This document shows positions 1-11,535 of a stretch of 64,000 nt of DNA, piece by piece (positions within the stretch are counted from its first letter, which is position 1; each line of letters starts with the position of its first letter). The stretch lies in contig NC_086097.1 in assembly GCF_963921235.1 (NCBI RefSeq), forward strand, positions 45,262,001 through 45,326,000. Direction: 5' to 3'. Source of the DNA: Mobula hypostoma. Its lineage: Eukaryota. The notes beneath the pieces are model-generated. The model was not told where the DNA came from. It made no database searches and saw only the letters and a program-made list of their open reading frames with translations. The translations under genes and the position numbers were made by a program.

Positions 1-315
1 TCTAAACAAATTGTATGCCTTCAAATCCAATGCAATCAGCAAAACTGGTATGCACTCGTTAGTGACTATTTCATTTGCTTCAAAATACTGCTCAATTCAC
101 TGAGTATATCAAATCCAGTTATCTATCGTGTAATTGAATGTGACTGTCTTTCCCATGGAGCCAGCCATTTCTTTTCTTTTTTTATGATTACTATCACCCA
201 ATACTCACTGGTTATGAACCCTTGAATTTCCCATTTCTATCATTATTTATTGTTACTCGAATGTCTTTCTCCTTTTGCGAAGAAAAAATCGTGCTGCGAT
301 TCTCTTAAACTCAAA

Positions 316-810
316 TACAGAGGAGATTTACAAGGATGTTGCCTGGACTGGGGAGGATGCCTTATGAGAATAGGTTGAGTGAACTTGGCCTTTTCTCCTT
401 GGAGCGGCAGAGGATGAGAGGTGACCTGATAGTGTACAAGATAATGAGAGGCATTGATTGTGTGGATAGTCAAAGGCTTTTTCCCCAGGGCTAAAATGGC
501 TGGCACAGGAGGGCATATTTTTAAGGTGCTTGGAAGTAGGTACAGAGGAGATGTCAGGGGTAAGTTGTTGTTGTTGTTGGATTTTTTTAATGCAGAGAGT
601 GGTGAGTGCGTGGAATGGGCTGCCAGCAACGGTGGTGGAGGCGGAAACGATAGGGTCTTTCAAGAGACTCCTGGATTGATACATGGAGCTTAGAAAAATA
701 GAGGGCTAAGGGTAAGCCTAGGTAGTTCTAAGGTAGGGACATGTTCGGCACAGCTTTGTGGGCCGAAGGGCCTGTATTGTGCTGTGGGTTTTCTATGTTT
801 CTATGTTTCT
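316..810 (+). mobile_element. CR1-clade LINE, 5'-truncated 3' end
   Basis: Degenerate C-terminal ORF2 ([11 protein letters not shown]..., RGDLIVYKIMRGID), then a 3' UTR ending in the (TTCTATGT)n tail at 791-810. A (GTT)n microsatellite is expanded at ~564-579. Confidence 0.85.
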
Positions 811-879
811 GTGAAAGTCTCCCTGCACTTCAACATGTCGGCAGTCACCTCGGTTTGTTTAAACCGGCCTTGTCGCCAC

Positions 880-1244
880 TGTTACGTTTTGTAACTCCAG
901 AACATAAAAAATGAAAACATGGAGCTGAGAGATGTGCATTTTTGTTTTGTCATGCACTGATGAAGTGGTGACATGATAACGTATGCTATTCACGTACTTT
1001 TACATGATGGGAATTGGGAAGAGAGAGTGAGGCTGACGCTGTGCAACTCTCCCTCACTTAAATCCAAATCACGCGCTAGTCTCAACACCATCATAATGGT
1101 GTCAAGGTCCTCATCGACGTCAACGATGGACAAACAACAACAACATATAACTTGCAATGAATTATGTAAACAACAAAGAATGCTTAATCAAACAATACAT
1201 TTAGTATATTGCTCAAATATTACTGAAATATTAAATGCACAACA
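880..1244. mobile_element. Probable solo LTR (TG...CA termini), interrupted by a short insertion
   Basis: Begins TGTT at 880 and ends AACA at 1244 (inverted termini); AT-rich, no ORF homology. No clean TSD (ccac vs gtac). Confidence 0.5.
1006..1142 (+). mobile_element. Short retroposed 3' end with (CAA)n tail (RTE-like) inside the LTR
   Basis: Ends caaacaacaacaa; flanked by ACAT at 1002-1005 and 1143-1146; contains three short stem-loops. Confidence 0.5.
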
Positions 1245-1299
1245 GTACAGCCCCTGGGTATTCAATAGGTTTCAACCTTTTGCCACTGTACCCAATCCA

Positions 1300-1400
1300 G
1301 TGCCGACTCCCTCAATGAAAGCCGGTGCCTGCTCCCCAGGATTACCCTTTCTGAAGTCCACAATCAAATTTGTGGCCATTGTTGTTGCAACAGCAGCCAT
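1300..1400 (-). mobile_element. Rex1/Babar LINE RT fragment
   Basis: Minus strand reads LIVDFRKGNPGEQAPAFIEG, matching IVDFRKSRTREHEPILIEG of the better-preserved copy at 40120-40647. Confidence 0.6.
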
Positions 1401-2385
1401 CCTGCACAACTTGGTTTAATGTTTCACCTGAAAGCCAAAACTTCTAATGGTTTAGTTCTGCACTGTCAGGTCATCCGGTGTTCAGTCCTTGGCACTGGTC
1501 TGAAAGTCACAACTGTCTGATTCACAGATGAGCATCATGCACTGAGGTAAGATTAAAATAATAAATCAAAAGCATTAATGTTATTTCTGGTGCACCAATG
1601 TCTACAACAATAGAGGGGGCTTAAGCCACATGTTAATTACATTAACCTCCCTGGTGTCACCTTTGTCCCCATCTCTACTAAAACCAATGAATCACAATGG
1701 AATGGGATTTCCCCAGATACAATCCATTCAAATTTTAAATTAAATGAACTGATCTGAAATTGAATTTGAGGCCCAAGTGTCAGCATATTAAGCAAAGAAG
1801 CATTCGCTTCAGTACTTGAAGCGTCTCAACCTTTCACGATGTGTGCCCTTTAACGCAATACCACCATTGCCAACTGAGTTGTCCCAAATAGCGCAAATAA
1901 CATTCTAACATTTAAATTTTGGCAGCTCAAGTACTCAGCTGATGCTGAATCTGGTTCCAAAACAAAATGAGCTTCATGCTTTTGATTTATTATTTTAATC
2001 TTATCTCAGTGCATGATGCTCATCTGTGAATCAAACAGTTGTGACTTTCAGACCAACTCCAAGGACTTAATACAGCATGTCTCTACACTGCAGTACTAAA
2101 AGATTGCTGGGGTTTTAGAAATTATGACTTTCAGATGAGACGTCACATCAGGGCGTGCAGGTTGGCTGGCGTTGCAACAACAAACTCGCACTCAGCAGCA
2201 AGACTTCGAGAAGGGAGAGCTGGGAGGGCATGCAGCAACTCTCAGCGGTGGAAAGGCTGAGCAGCTTCCAATTCCTGGGTGTCAGCATCTCAGAGGATGT
2301 ATCTTGACCCCAATGCACTGATGCAGTTACATAGAAAGCACATCAGCAGCTCTACTTCGTTAGGAGTTTGTAAAGGTTTGGTATG

Positions 2386-3085
2386 ACCATATGACCATAA
2401 AACATAGGAGCAGAATTAGGCCACTTGGCTCATCAAGTCTGCTCTGTCATTCCATCAAGACTGATTTATCGTCCCTCTCAGCCCCATTCTCCTGCCTTCA
2501 CCCCATAATCTTTGATGCCCTGCCTAATCAAGAACCTATCAACCACTGCTTTAAATGTGTGTAATGCCCTGTTAATTTTCCACTGCTCTGCTGTGGAGTA
2601 TTTTATTTTAGCAGACGATCTGTAAAAGCAGTGTGTCCTGCTGGTAAGAGTGTTTTGGCTTCAGCTAAAGATAAGGAGCCATGTTGTCCAACTTGAGAAC
2701 GTTGTGCCAGCCAGTCAGGATTGTGGGATGTGAGAGAGCTGTGCAGGAAGAGATTTCTGAAGGACAGTAGTCTGGTTTGGGGCTTTTGGCAGGAGCTGCA
2801 GGCAGAAGAGCACCAGGGGAGACGGCAGGAGGATCCCATTCGAAGGGGAGACCCTTCTGCAAGGAGTGCTTCGTAAGGCAAATGATTCTAAGAATGGAAG
2901 TTCCACCTGTGATTGGTGATAGGAATTCAGCACTGAGTAAAGCAATATACCACTCTATCCACCCTATCTAGGCCTTTCAATATTTGATGGGTTTCAATGA
3001 GATCTCCTTCATTCTGCTAAACTGCAGTGAGTACAGGTCCAGAGCCATCAAACGCTGCTCATACATTAACCTTTTCATTCCCACC
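2386..3085 (-). mobile_element. CR1 LINE 3' end (2386-2559 plus 2945-3085), interrupted by an LTR-like fragment
   Basis: accataaaacataggagcagaattaggcc is the reverse complement of a CR1 3' tail (compare 16725-16900). 2945-3085 encodes the ORF2 C-terminus on the minus strand (MYEQRLMALDLYSLQFSRMK). Confidence 0.75.
2560..2944. mobile_element. Truncated LTR-like fragment
   Basis: Starts TGTAATGCCCTG exactly where CR1 similarity stops; GC-richer and unrelated to the flanks; right end lost. Confidence 0.4.
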
Positions 3086-3243
3086 ATTGAGACATCTTCA
3101 AAGGGCGGTACACTGTATTGCTGCTGCAAAACAACAATTTTATGACATACGTCAGTGAAAGTAAACCTGATTCTCACTGAACAACACACATCAAGATTGT
3201 TGGTGAACGCAGCAGGCCAGGCAGCAGCTCTAGGAAGAGGTAC

Positions 3244-3279
3244 AGCCAACGTTTCAGGCCGAGACCCTTCGTCAGGACT
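3244..3279 (-). ncRNA. Minimal type I hammerhead ribozyme motif (PLE-borne), sense to EML1 pre-mRNA
   Basis: Minus strand: agtc CTGACGA agg-gtctcgg-cct GAAA c GTT ggct. Core boxes intact, stem I agtc/ggct with one G-U pair, NUH triplet GUU. Confidence 0.7.
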
Positions 3280-3572
3280 AACTGAAGGAAGAGTTAGTAA
3301 CAGATTTGAAAGTTGGAGGGGGAGGGGGAGATCCAAAATGATAGGAGAAGACAGAAGGGGGAGGGATGGAGCCAAGAGCTGGACAGGTGATTGGCAAAAG
3401 GGATACGAGAGGATCATGGGACAGGAGGCCCAGGGAGAAAGACAAAGGGGGGGGGACCCAGAGGATGGGCAAGGGGTATAGTCAGAGGGACAGAGGGAGA
3501 AAAAGGAGAGTGAGAGAAAGAATGTTTGTATAAAAATAAATAACAGATGGGGTATGAGGGGGAGGTGGGGCA

Positions 3573-4307
3573 TTAGCGGAAGTTAGAGAAGTCAATGTTC
3601 ATGCCATCAGATTGGAGGCTACCCAGACGGAATATAAGGTGTTGTTCCTCCAACCTGAGTGTGGCTTCATCTTTACAGCAGAGGAGGCCATGGATAGACA
3701 TGTCAGAATGGGAATGGGATGTGGAATTAAAATGTGTGGCCACTGGGAGATCCTGCTTTCTCTGGCGGACAGAGCGTAGGTGTTCAGCAAAGCGGTCTCC
3801 CAGTCTGCGTCGGGTCTCGCCAATATAAAAAAGGCCACATCGGGAGCACCAGACGCAGTATATCACCCCAGCCGACTCACAGGTGAAGTGTCGCCTCACC
3901 TGGAAGGACTGTCTGGGGCCCTGAATGGTGGTAAGGGAGGAAGTGTAAGGGCATGTGTAGCACTTGTTCCGCTTACAAGAATAAGTGCCAGGAGGGAGAT
4001 CAGTGGGGAGGGATGCGAATGGACAAGGGAGCCGCGTAGAGAGCGATCCCTGCGGAATGCAGAGAGGGGGGGAGGGAAAGATGTGCTTAGTGGTGGGATC
4101 CCATTGGAGGTGGCGGAAGTTACGGAGAATAATATGTTGGACCCGGAGGCTGGTGGGGTGGTAGGTGAGGACCAGGGGAACCCTATTCCTAGTGGGGTGG
4201 CGGGAGGATGGAGTGAGAGCAGATGTACGTGAAATGGGGGAGATGCGTTTGAGAGCAGAGTTGATGGTGGAGGAAGGGAAGCCCCTTTCTTTAAAAAAGG
4301 AGGACAT
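3573..4307 (-). pseudogene. PLE ORF C-terminus: RT thumb, Cys-rich linker, GIY-YIG endonuclease
   Basis: GVIYCVWCSRCGLFYIGETRRRLGDRFAEH (GIY-YIG), CKRNKCYTC, and terminal GMNIDF. A short internal segment is out of frame (the expected AFRRDRSLRGSLVHS appears in ORF 3896-4459), i.e. compensating frameshifts. Confidence 0.88.
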
Positions 4308-4944
4308 CTCCCTTGTCCTGGAATGAAAAGCCTCATCCTGAGAGCAGATGCAGCGGAGATGGAGGAATTGCGAGAAGGGGATGGCATTTTTGCAAGAGAC
4401 AGGGTGAGAAGAGGAATAGTCCAGATAGCTGTGAGAGTCAGTAGGCTTATAGTAGACATCAGTGGATAAGCTGTCTCCAGAGACAGAGACAGAAAGATCT
4501 AGAAAGGGGAGGGAGGTGTCGGAAATGGACCAGGTAAACTTGAGGGCAGGGTGAAAGTTGGAGGCAAAGTTAATAAAGTCAACGAGCTCAGCATGCGTGC
4601 AGGAAGCAGTGCCAATGCAGTCGTCGATGTAGCAAAGGAAAAGTGGGGGACAGATACCTGATTCTCACTGATGTTTGTTGGACACAATCACATGCACATT
4701 AATTGCTCTATCGTAATAAAACTCAGCAGCTACTGTATATTTCAATATAAAGTACTATGGGATATTCTGGCAACTAGAAAGAGCAAGAAAACTAATTCCT
4801 TAAGCATCTTTTAAAAATAATACTTCATTAGAAAAATGGATAAGTTAGGAGCCAAAATCTCTCAGGCTACACAGTCACAGTTGGTAACGCTATGGTACAA
4901 GTTACGGTGACAGCTCAAGATGAACAACTGATAAATCAACATTT

Positions 4945-5217
4945 AGAGTCATAGAGAAGTACAGCACCAAAACAGGCCATTCAGCCCATCTGGTCCATGC
5001 CAAAACCATTAAAACTGCCTACCTCCATAGACTATAGCCCTCCATAACCATCCAAACATCCATGTACCTATCCGAACTTCTTTTAAATATTGAAACTCAC
5101 ATGCACCACATGTGCTGGCAATTCATTCCACACTCTCATGACCCTCTCAGTGAAGAAGTTTCCCCTCGTGTTCCCCTTAAACTTTTCAGCTTTCACCCGT
5201 AACCTATGACCTCTGGT
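4945..5217 (-). mobile_element. CR1 LINE 3' end
   Basis: TRGHRLRVKAEKFKGNTRGNFFTERVMRVWNELP on the minus strand; tail ...atgactcta. Confidence 0.8.
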
Positions 5218-5420
5218 CTGCAGCTTACTACAATCCTGTGCAGTAGCGACCCCCCCCCGCCCATACCAGACAATAATGCAGCCAGTCAGAATGCTCTCCA
5301 CGGTACATCTGTAAAAGTCTGAGTAGAAATCTCCTCAAACTCCTGATGAAATATAGCTGCTGGCTTGCCTTCTGTGTTGGGACCGGGTTAGATCCTCAGA
5401 GATATTGACACCCAGCAACT
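5218..5420 (-). mobile_element. Rex1/Babar LINE fragment
   Basis: ESILTGCIIVWYG...TAQDCSKLQ, as in the other Rex copies. Confidence 0.75.
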
Positions 5421-5899
5421 GTGAATACAGACCCCTTTTTATGCAGTTAATGAATTTGTGTACCTTGATGTTCCAGTGCTGAGTCAAAGGCACTAAGCCT
5501 GTAGTTGTTTAATGAACTCCATTCTGGTGACTCTACTGTCACACTGCATGAATATGTCAAAGGAATACACTAAAATTACTACTCACAATTGGTTAGTGAA
5601 TGTGGAAGAAACCTAACCTGAAATATATTCGTTTCATTCTAAACTCTACATACTGCACACCTTACATAAAATGCCCACAACATTAATAAAAACTTTTACA
5701 ATACTTGTAGTCAGTTGCAGTCTGACCACATTCCAAGATTTGATGTCCATCAGCGACTAAGGAAAGTCTACTTCTACAAGACTAATATTGGATCATTATT
5801 GTATGCAAGTGGAACTCATCGCAATGATAAGACATACAGGTTGGTTCCATTAATCCTACGCAGATCAAGATATGATCTGGTTAGTTGCCCAACACCAGA

Positions 5900-6450
5900 A
5901 GAGTGTTGATAGAGCCTGACAGTATTTAATCAAGTCTTTAGCATGATAATTTGATTTGTTCAACGTGTAAAACTGGTTAAGTGAGTTGAAACAAACTCAA
6001 TGAATTCATGGCGCATGTAGAAGCCGCTTGAAAGAATTTATAAATAGGCATTTCTACAATATTTTGTGAGCTTGTGAAATAGAAAAAATACTCCGATTCA
6101 ATATTAAAATGATTTTACCTTCATCAAGACTTCATTGACAAAAATGAACAATAATCAACAACGCTCAGATGTTTCAAACCATAGAATATAATTTATCTTC
6201 AAACTTTGGTGCAGCTCGGCTCAATGCAAGTTACATTTAGTTCAAGTCACAGAGAAACGAGAGACATTGACAATATGTAAAATTGCCAGGATCTAATTTC
6301 CTGTACCAGGCTTGAGTTAGGAGGAGAGACTGATACGCTATGGGTTTCATGACCTAAGAAACAAATAATAGTTGATCTTGCTGAAATATCTAAAAGTATT
6401 AATGGTACGGCCAAAGTTGATCTATTACTCTAATTCAACTACTACTGGAG
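5900..6450 (+). mobile_element. Very old CR1 RT relic
   Basis: Patchy similarity only: ggcttgagttaggaggagagactg (~GLSYEERL) and DLAEISKSINGTAKVD (~DLIEIYKILKGLDRLD). Confidence 0.35.
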
Positions 6451-8546
6451 AAGCAAGGAAAGGTTCACACCTGTCATGTCATTTTAATGCCAATATCAAA
6501 GAGTAGTCACTCATGGAAGAAACACCCAGAAGATTGGGATTGGAAGCAAAAAGAAAATCAGAGGCACACCAAAGTATCGGTGGATAAACGCCTTTGTCAT
6601 TTCTGATTGTCGTGCCTTCTCTGATTAGAATGGTTTCACGTGAATAATCCTGGAGTATAACAAGCAACCGTCTGTCAGCCTTTTGTCAGCCAGAACAGCA
6701 AATAGCATCACATAAGGCTGCAGAGAGAAAGGGCAGATGAAGTTAAATGTAAAATTTTATTTTAGCCTGAAAGTACACCGTGAGAAATGACGTGTGCAAG
6801 ATGCATTAAAATGAAAGCAAAGTAGGTAGAACTGCATCCTCACTGGCATCAGATTCAACAAGGGAGTAAAGGTCAGCATTAGAGATCTCTGTGCTCTTCA
6901 ATGTATGAAAGGTGCTTGAAAATTTGTACAAAAATCACTGAACAATTTATATACATGACTATTTCTTTCAATCCCACTGTACACATGTACCTTGATGCAC
7001 TGCCAACGCTTTAAATTAAATTCAGTTGCACCAGAAAACTTAAAATTGAGCAGATAAAATATACACTTACACTAATACAGAGGGCCATTTAGGTTTGTTT
7101 TCATTTCCAGAAAAGAGGCTGCTTCATAGTCTCCTCAGCTGCTGGCATTCATAAAGGGCTCCTGGTGAAGCAGCCAAAATAAGTCTTCTGTAGCTGGCAA
7201 CCATCAGCTGAGGGTAGGTGAATCAGTGTGGTCAGAAAACTGAGATACCCCTACAGAAGGAGGAGATGTGAGGCATCTTCACTAACCACTCATTTCTCCA
7301 ATTGTTTGATAGGATCGCAAATAACACTTACTTAAATTCAAAATCTCAGAGTGCACATTGCATCCTCCCTATTCTGAACAATTGTGAGAACTTCCTCCTC
7401 TGCCTCCAAAAATACACTTATAGAGGCAAAGGTGGCTGCAAGTTTCTGTCCCTTTGCAATGACATAGATCTCTTAGAGTGTTACATTATTTTCCAGAAAG
7501 TTCTGAAGCTGAATTTGAAGCCACAATTTTCTGAATCAGAGGCAACAGTATTCCTAAAAAGTGAGTATGTCATTTCATATTAGACCACATAGTGGTCAGC
7601 GTTTCCATCTACAACATGAGCACATATTCTCAAGGGCTACCTCTGCATTGGCAACCTTATTATGGTTGCCTGCAGCTGTGTGATGTTATTCCACAAATGT
7701 ACTGTATATTTTTAAAAAAGTTCTCCTAAGCAAGTGCTAATATTCATTTCTAACCACTGTAAGTTTAAGCACACAACCAGGTCTCAGTTCCCTAAGAAGA
7801 AGAGAATTTATGTGCTTCATTGGCAATCAGCCATTTTCAAAGAAATAATTCCAGACTTGCAGTGGAAAAGTAATTTCCTACAATCCTGACACCCAGCCAC
7901 AGGTATGCAAGTTCTACTCAGTTCCACCATTTAGAAATCTCTTGCTAAACTTTCCAAAGTAACTCTCCCCTTATTAAATCACTGGGTGCTACATTACACG
8001 ATTTCAGTTCCAGTGGTCCTAACTTTAACTGCACTCTTAGTGTGACGATCTCCGGGACACTGGGAGAAGGCTGAATGACTGATTCATTAACTTGGGGCAT
8101 CAAATATGTGCATGTGGGGAAGGGCATTGGGAATGAGAAGGGGGAGAGCAAACAGGTGCAGGGAATGAAAAGAAGTTTAGTTTTCTAATAAACAAAGCAG
8201 CTATCCAGTACTGAACGTCAGGCCATTGTCTCTCAGTTCACAAGCCTCATGTCCCGAGAGGATTGTCCCTCCACAGCTCCAACCTTGTAGTGCCACAATC
8301 CCACAGAGCCTGTTTCTATCTCGTGCCCAAGATTCAGAAGCACGTCTGTCCAGCTAGACTCATTGGTTCAGCTTGATGTTGCTCCACTAAACTTCTTCTT
8401 TCCTACTTTGCCTCTGTTCTTTCTCTTCAGGTATGGACCCTTCCCACTTGTACTCCAATTTATCCCCATGGCAGTTCTGGCTTCATGCTATCAGAGATAC
8501 CTACTTTGCTCTTTTCATCTCTTACCACATCCTTTGGCATCTAAAA

Positions 8547-8824
8547 CCACCCCCCCCCCTTGTCTTTCTTCCCAGACCTCCTGTCCCATGATCCTCTCGT
8601 ATCCCTTTTGCCTATCACCTGTCCAGCTCTTGGCTCTATCCCTCCCCCTCCTGTCTTCTCCTATCATTTTGGATCTCCCCCTCCCCCTCCAACTTTCAAA
8701 TCCCTTACTCACTCTTCCTTCAGTTAGTCCTGACGAAGGGTCTCGGCCCGAAACGTCGACTGTACCTCTTCCTAGAGATGCTGCCTGGCCTGCTGCATTC
8801 ACCAGCAACTTTGATGTGTGTTGT
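8547..8824 (+). mobile_element. Young PLE terminal fragment inserted into an older PLE-like relic (~8400-8960)
   Basis: Highly similar to the reverse complement of 3181-3455 with the same 3' end (gtgtgttgt). 9-bp direct repeat CATCTAAAA at 8538-8546 and 8825-8833. A second, degenerate PLE end (cagatgctgcctgacctgctga) follows at ~8912-8950. Confidence 0.88.
8726..8761 (+). ncRNA. Minimal type I hammerhead ribozyme motif, best-preserved copy
   Basis: agtc CTGACGA a-ggg-tctcgg-ccc GAAA c GTC gact. Perfect stem I, both core boxes, GUC triplet with predicted cleavage after 8757. Confidence 0.8.
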
Positions 8825-9134
8825 CATCTAAAAACTTACTTTTTTTTCTCTTCCCCTCTCCTGTCAAAAGACCTGTTCAGCTTGAGAACTTAACTCTATT
8901 TCTCCTTTCCACAGATGCTGCCTGACCTGCTGAATATTTCTAGCATTTGCTGCTCTATTGCCTTACACCTCCTTCACCATTAAAGCAAGACTATTCTCCA
9001 AGCAACTTTCTTCGAAAGTCACAACAAAATTCATCACTTTGACATGATTTTCCTAACCACTTCCTCTGTGGTTACGTCTATATATGTTTTGCACTTCCAG
9101 ATATTGACCTAGAACACCTAACGATCAAGTGCCA

Positions 9135-11535
9135 ACCATTCTATTTACCAAGGGAGTTCCCCTCTGTGATCTTGACCACAATCTACATACAACCATTGGC
9201 CGACTGTACTCAGACTCTTGAGATACTGCATGTTGCCATCAACAAATGAGAAACAGTCCACCCTGACGCATTTCAAATCATAGTCAGGGACTTCAATCAG
9301 GTTTGTTTAAAGAAATCTCTGCCTATTTACCATCAGCATATAAACTGCAGCACCAGAGGTCTAACATACTAGACCACTATGAGACTACAGTAAGGAATAC
9401 CTACAGTTCCATGTCCAAATGATATTGCAGGGAATCACTTGGTTATCCTCCTCCTACCTGCATACAGGCAGATGCTAAAGATCAGGTCTCCAGAGATAAG
9501 GACAGCAAAGAGGTGGTCGCAAGAGGCAGAGGAATGGCTGTAGATTGGAGTTGGTGGACTGGGCCATGATCCGGGACTCATCATAGGATCTGAATGAATA
9601 CAGCACGGTGGTCACGGGCTTTATAAAAACAGTTGTAGATGAGTGTGTCCCCACAAAATCATTCAGATCAAATCATTCATTTTATTTATTGTTTATTTAT
9701 TTTATTTGTTGTTTTATAGCATTGAGTATGAGAGTTGCAAACTCATTTTCGCTGTATTGGTGCATGACAAATTGTACTATGCAATGACAATAAGGATATT
9801 TCATTTCAGAGTCTTCCCCAACTAGAAGCCCGGGAAGAAGATCAAAGGTATTCAGGTCTGGCGACTGAATAAGACTCAAGAAGTCCAAGTACAATCTCCA
9901 GAAAGCCTGCTCACAGGCACAGTGGTAATTCTGGACTAAAGCTGAATCAATGAAGGATGTTTAACAGCTGTGGCAGACATGCAATGCTATTACCTCTTAC
10001 AAAATGAAACCAAGCGACATAAGTGACAACAGGACTGCGCTTCCCGATGAGCTCGATGCCTTCTATGCTCACTTTGACCATCAAAACACCTTCACAAACT
10101 TCCACAGCCCCTGACGACCCTGTGGTTTCAGTCTCTTGGGCCAATGTGAGAGCATCCAGCCCAGAGGGGGTACCTGGCCAAGTACTAAAGATCTGTGCTG
10201 ATCAGCTGCCTGGCGTGCTCACCAATATCTTTAACTTCTTGCTTCAGCCGTCTGATGTCCTCACCTACAGCAAGCAGGCTTCAATTACACTGCTGCTTAA
10301 GAGCGTGGTATCCCGCCTCAACGTAAGTAGCACTTACATACACTGTGATGAAGTGTTTTGAGAGGTTGGTGATGAAACACATCAACTCCTGCTGGAGGAG
10401 CGACTTGGATCCGCTCCAATTTGCCTACCAGCACAACAGGTCCACAGCAGATGCTATTTCATTGGCTTTACGTTCAACCCTGGAATAGCTGGACAGCAAA
10501 AGATGTATACATCAGGATACTACATTTAAGTTTGCTGACAACGCTACTGTCGATGATTGAATCAAAGCTGGTGACAAATCAGCATATAGGAGGGAGATTG
10601 GAAATCTGGCTGAGTGGCACTACTACACAACCTCTCACTCAATCTCAGCAAGTCAAGGAGCTTATTATTGACTTCAGGAGGAGGAAACCAGAGGTCTGTG
10701 ATCCAGTCTTCATCGGGCAATTAAGAGGTGGAAAGGGTCAGCAACTTCAAATTACTCTGTGTTATCATTTCAGAGGACCAGTCCTGGGCCCAGCATGGAA
10801 GTAAAATTACAAAGGAAGCATGACAGCGCCTCTATCACCATAGAAGTCTGTAAAGATTCAGCATGACATCTAAAACTATGACAAACTTCTGTACTTGTGT
10901 TGCGGAGAATATATTGACTAATAAATATAGATCTTTTTTCAATATATTGACTGACAGTATCAAAGCCTGGTATGGAAACACTAATGCCCTTGAATGGAAT
11001 CGCCACCAAAAAGTATTGGATAGTCCATCATGGGTAAAGTCCTCCCCATCACTGAGCACAGCTACACAGAGTGCTGTTGCGGAGGAGGACGATCCGTCAT
11101 CAGGGAGCAACATCACCTCGGACATGCCCTCCTCTCGCTGCTGCCATCAGGAAGCAGGTACAGGAGCCTCAAGACTCACACCACCAGTTCAGAAACAGTT
11201 ATTACCCCTCAACCATCAGGCTCTTGAACCAGTGGGGATAACTTCACTTAACTTCACTTGTCCCATCACTGGTCTGTTCTTACAACCTATGGACTCACTT
11301 TCAAGGTCTCTTCATCTCATGCTCTCGATATTTATTGCTTATTTATTTAATATTATTATTTTTCTCTATTTGCACAGTTTGTTGTATTTTGCAATTGATT
11401 GTTTGTCCGTCCTGTTGGGTGTGTTCTTTCGTTGATTCTATTCTGGTTCTTGGATTTACTGAGTATGCCCGCAAGGAATTAAATCTCAGGGTTGCATGTA
11501 TGTGCTTTGATAATATGTTTACTTTGAACTTTGAA
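9135..11535 (+). mobile_element. Rex1/Babar LINE, long degraded copy (APE endonuclease to RT to 3' tail)
   Basis: Fragments [56 protein letters not shown]; tail tttactttgaactttga. Many frameshifts. Confidence 0.85.

Larger units (their letters stand above)
2160..3175 (+). mobile_element. Rex1/Babar LINE remnant split by later insertions (2160-2385 and ~3090-3175)
   Basis: 2160-2385 is similar to 40335-40595 (VERLSSFQFLGVSISED). The 3' tail ...aaacctgattct matches the tail at 41050-41118. Confidence 0.65.
3181..4655 (-). mobile_element. Penelope-like element (PLE), 5'-truncated, young
   Basis: RT motif LFLCYIDDCIG near 4610-4645, GIY-YIG endonuclease, and a terminal region with a hammerhead. 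Flanked by the 16-bp direct repeat ACCTGATTCTCACTGA (3165-3180, 4656-4671). Confidence 0.92.

Noticed and set aside
973..1419. 148-aa ORF ending IVVATAAILHNLV, reminiscent of a Harbinger transposase C-terminus
   Set aside because: The ORF runs across an LTR, an insertion and the antisense strand of a Rex RT fragment; the motif is coincidental.
2977..3573. Hydrophobic 198-aa ORF (and its homologue 8363-8893)
   Set aside because: Translation of the pyrimidine-rich PLE terminal region running into unrelated flanks; similarity between the two is explained by the repeat.
5705..5750. Minus-strand MDIKSWNVVRLQLTT followed by a phase-1 GT, a possible alternative EML1 first exon
   Set aside because: Weak donor (CAA|GTATTG), no CpG island, no known homology.
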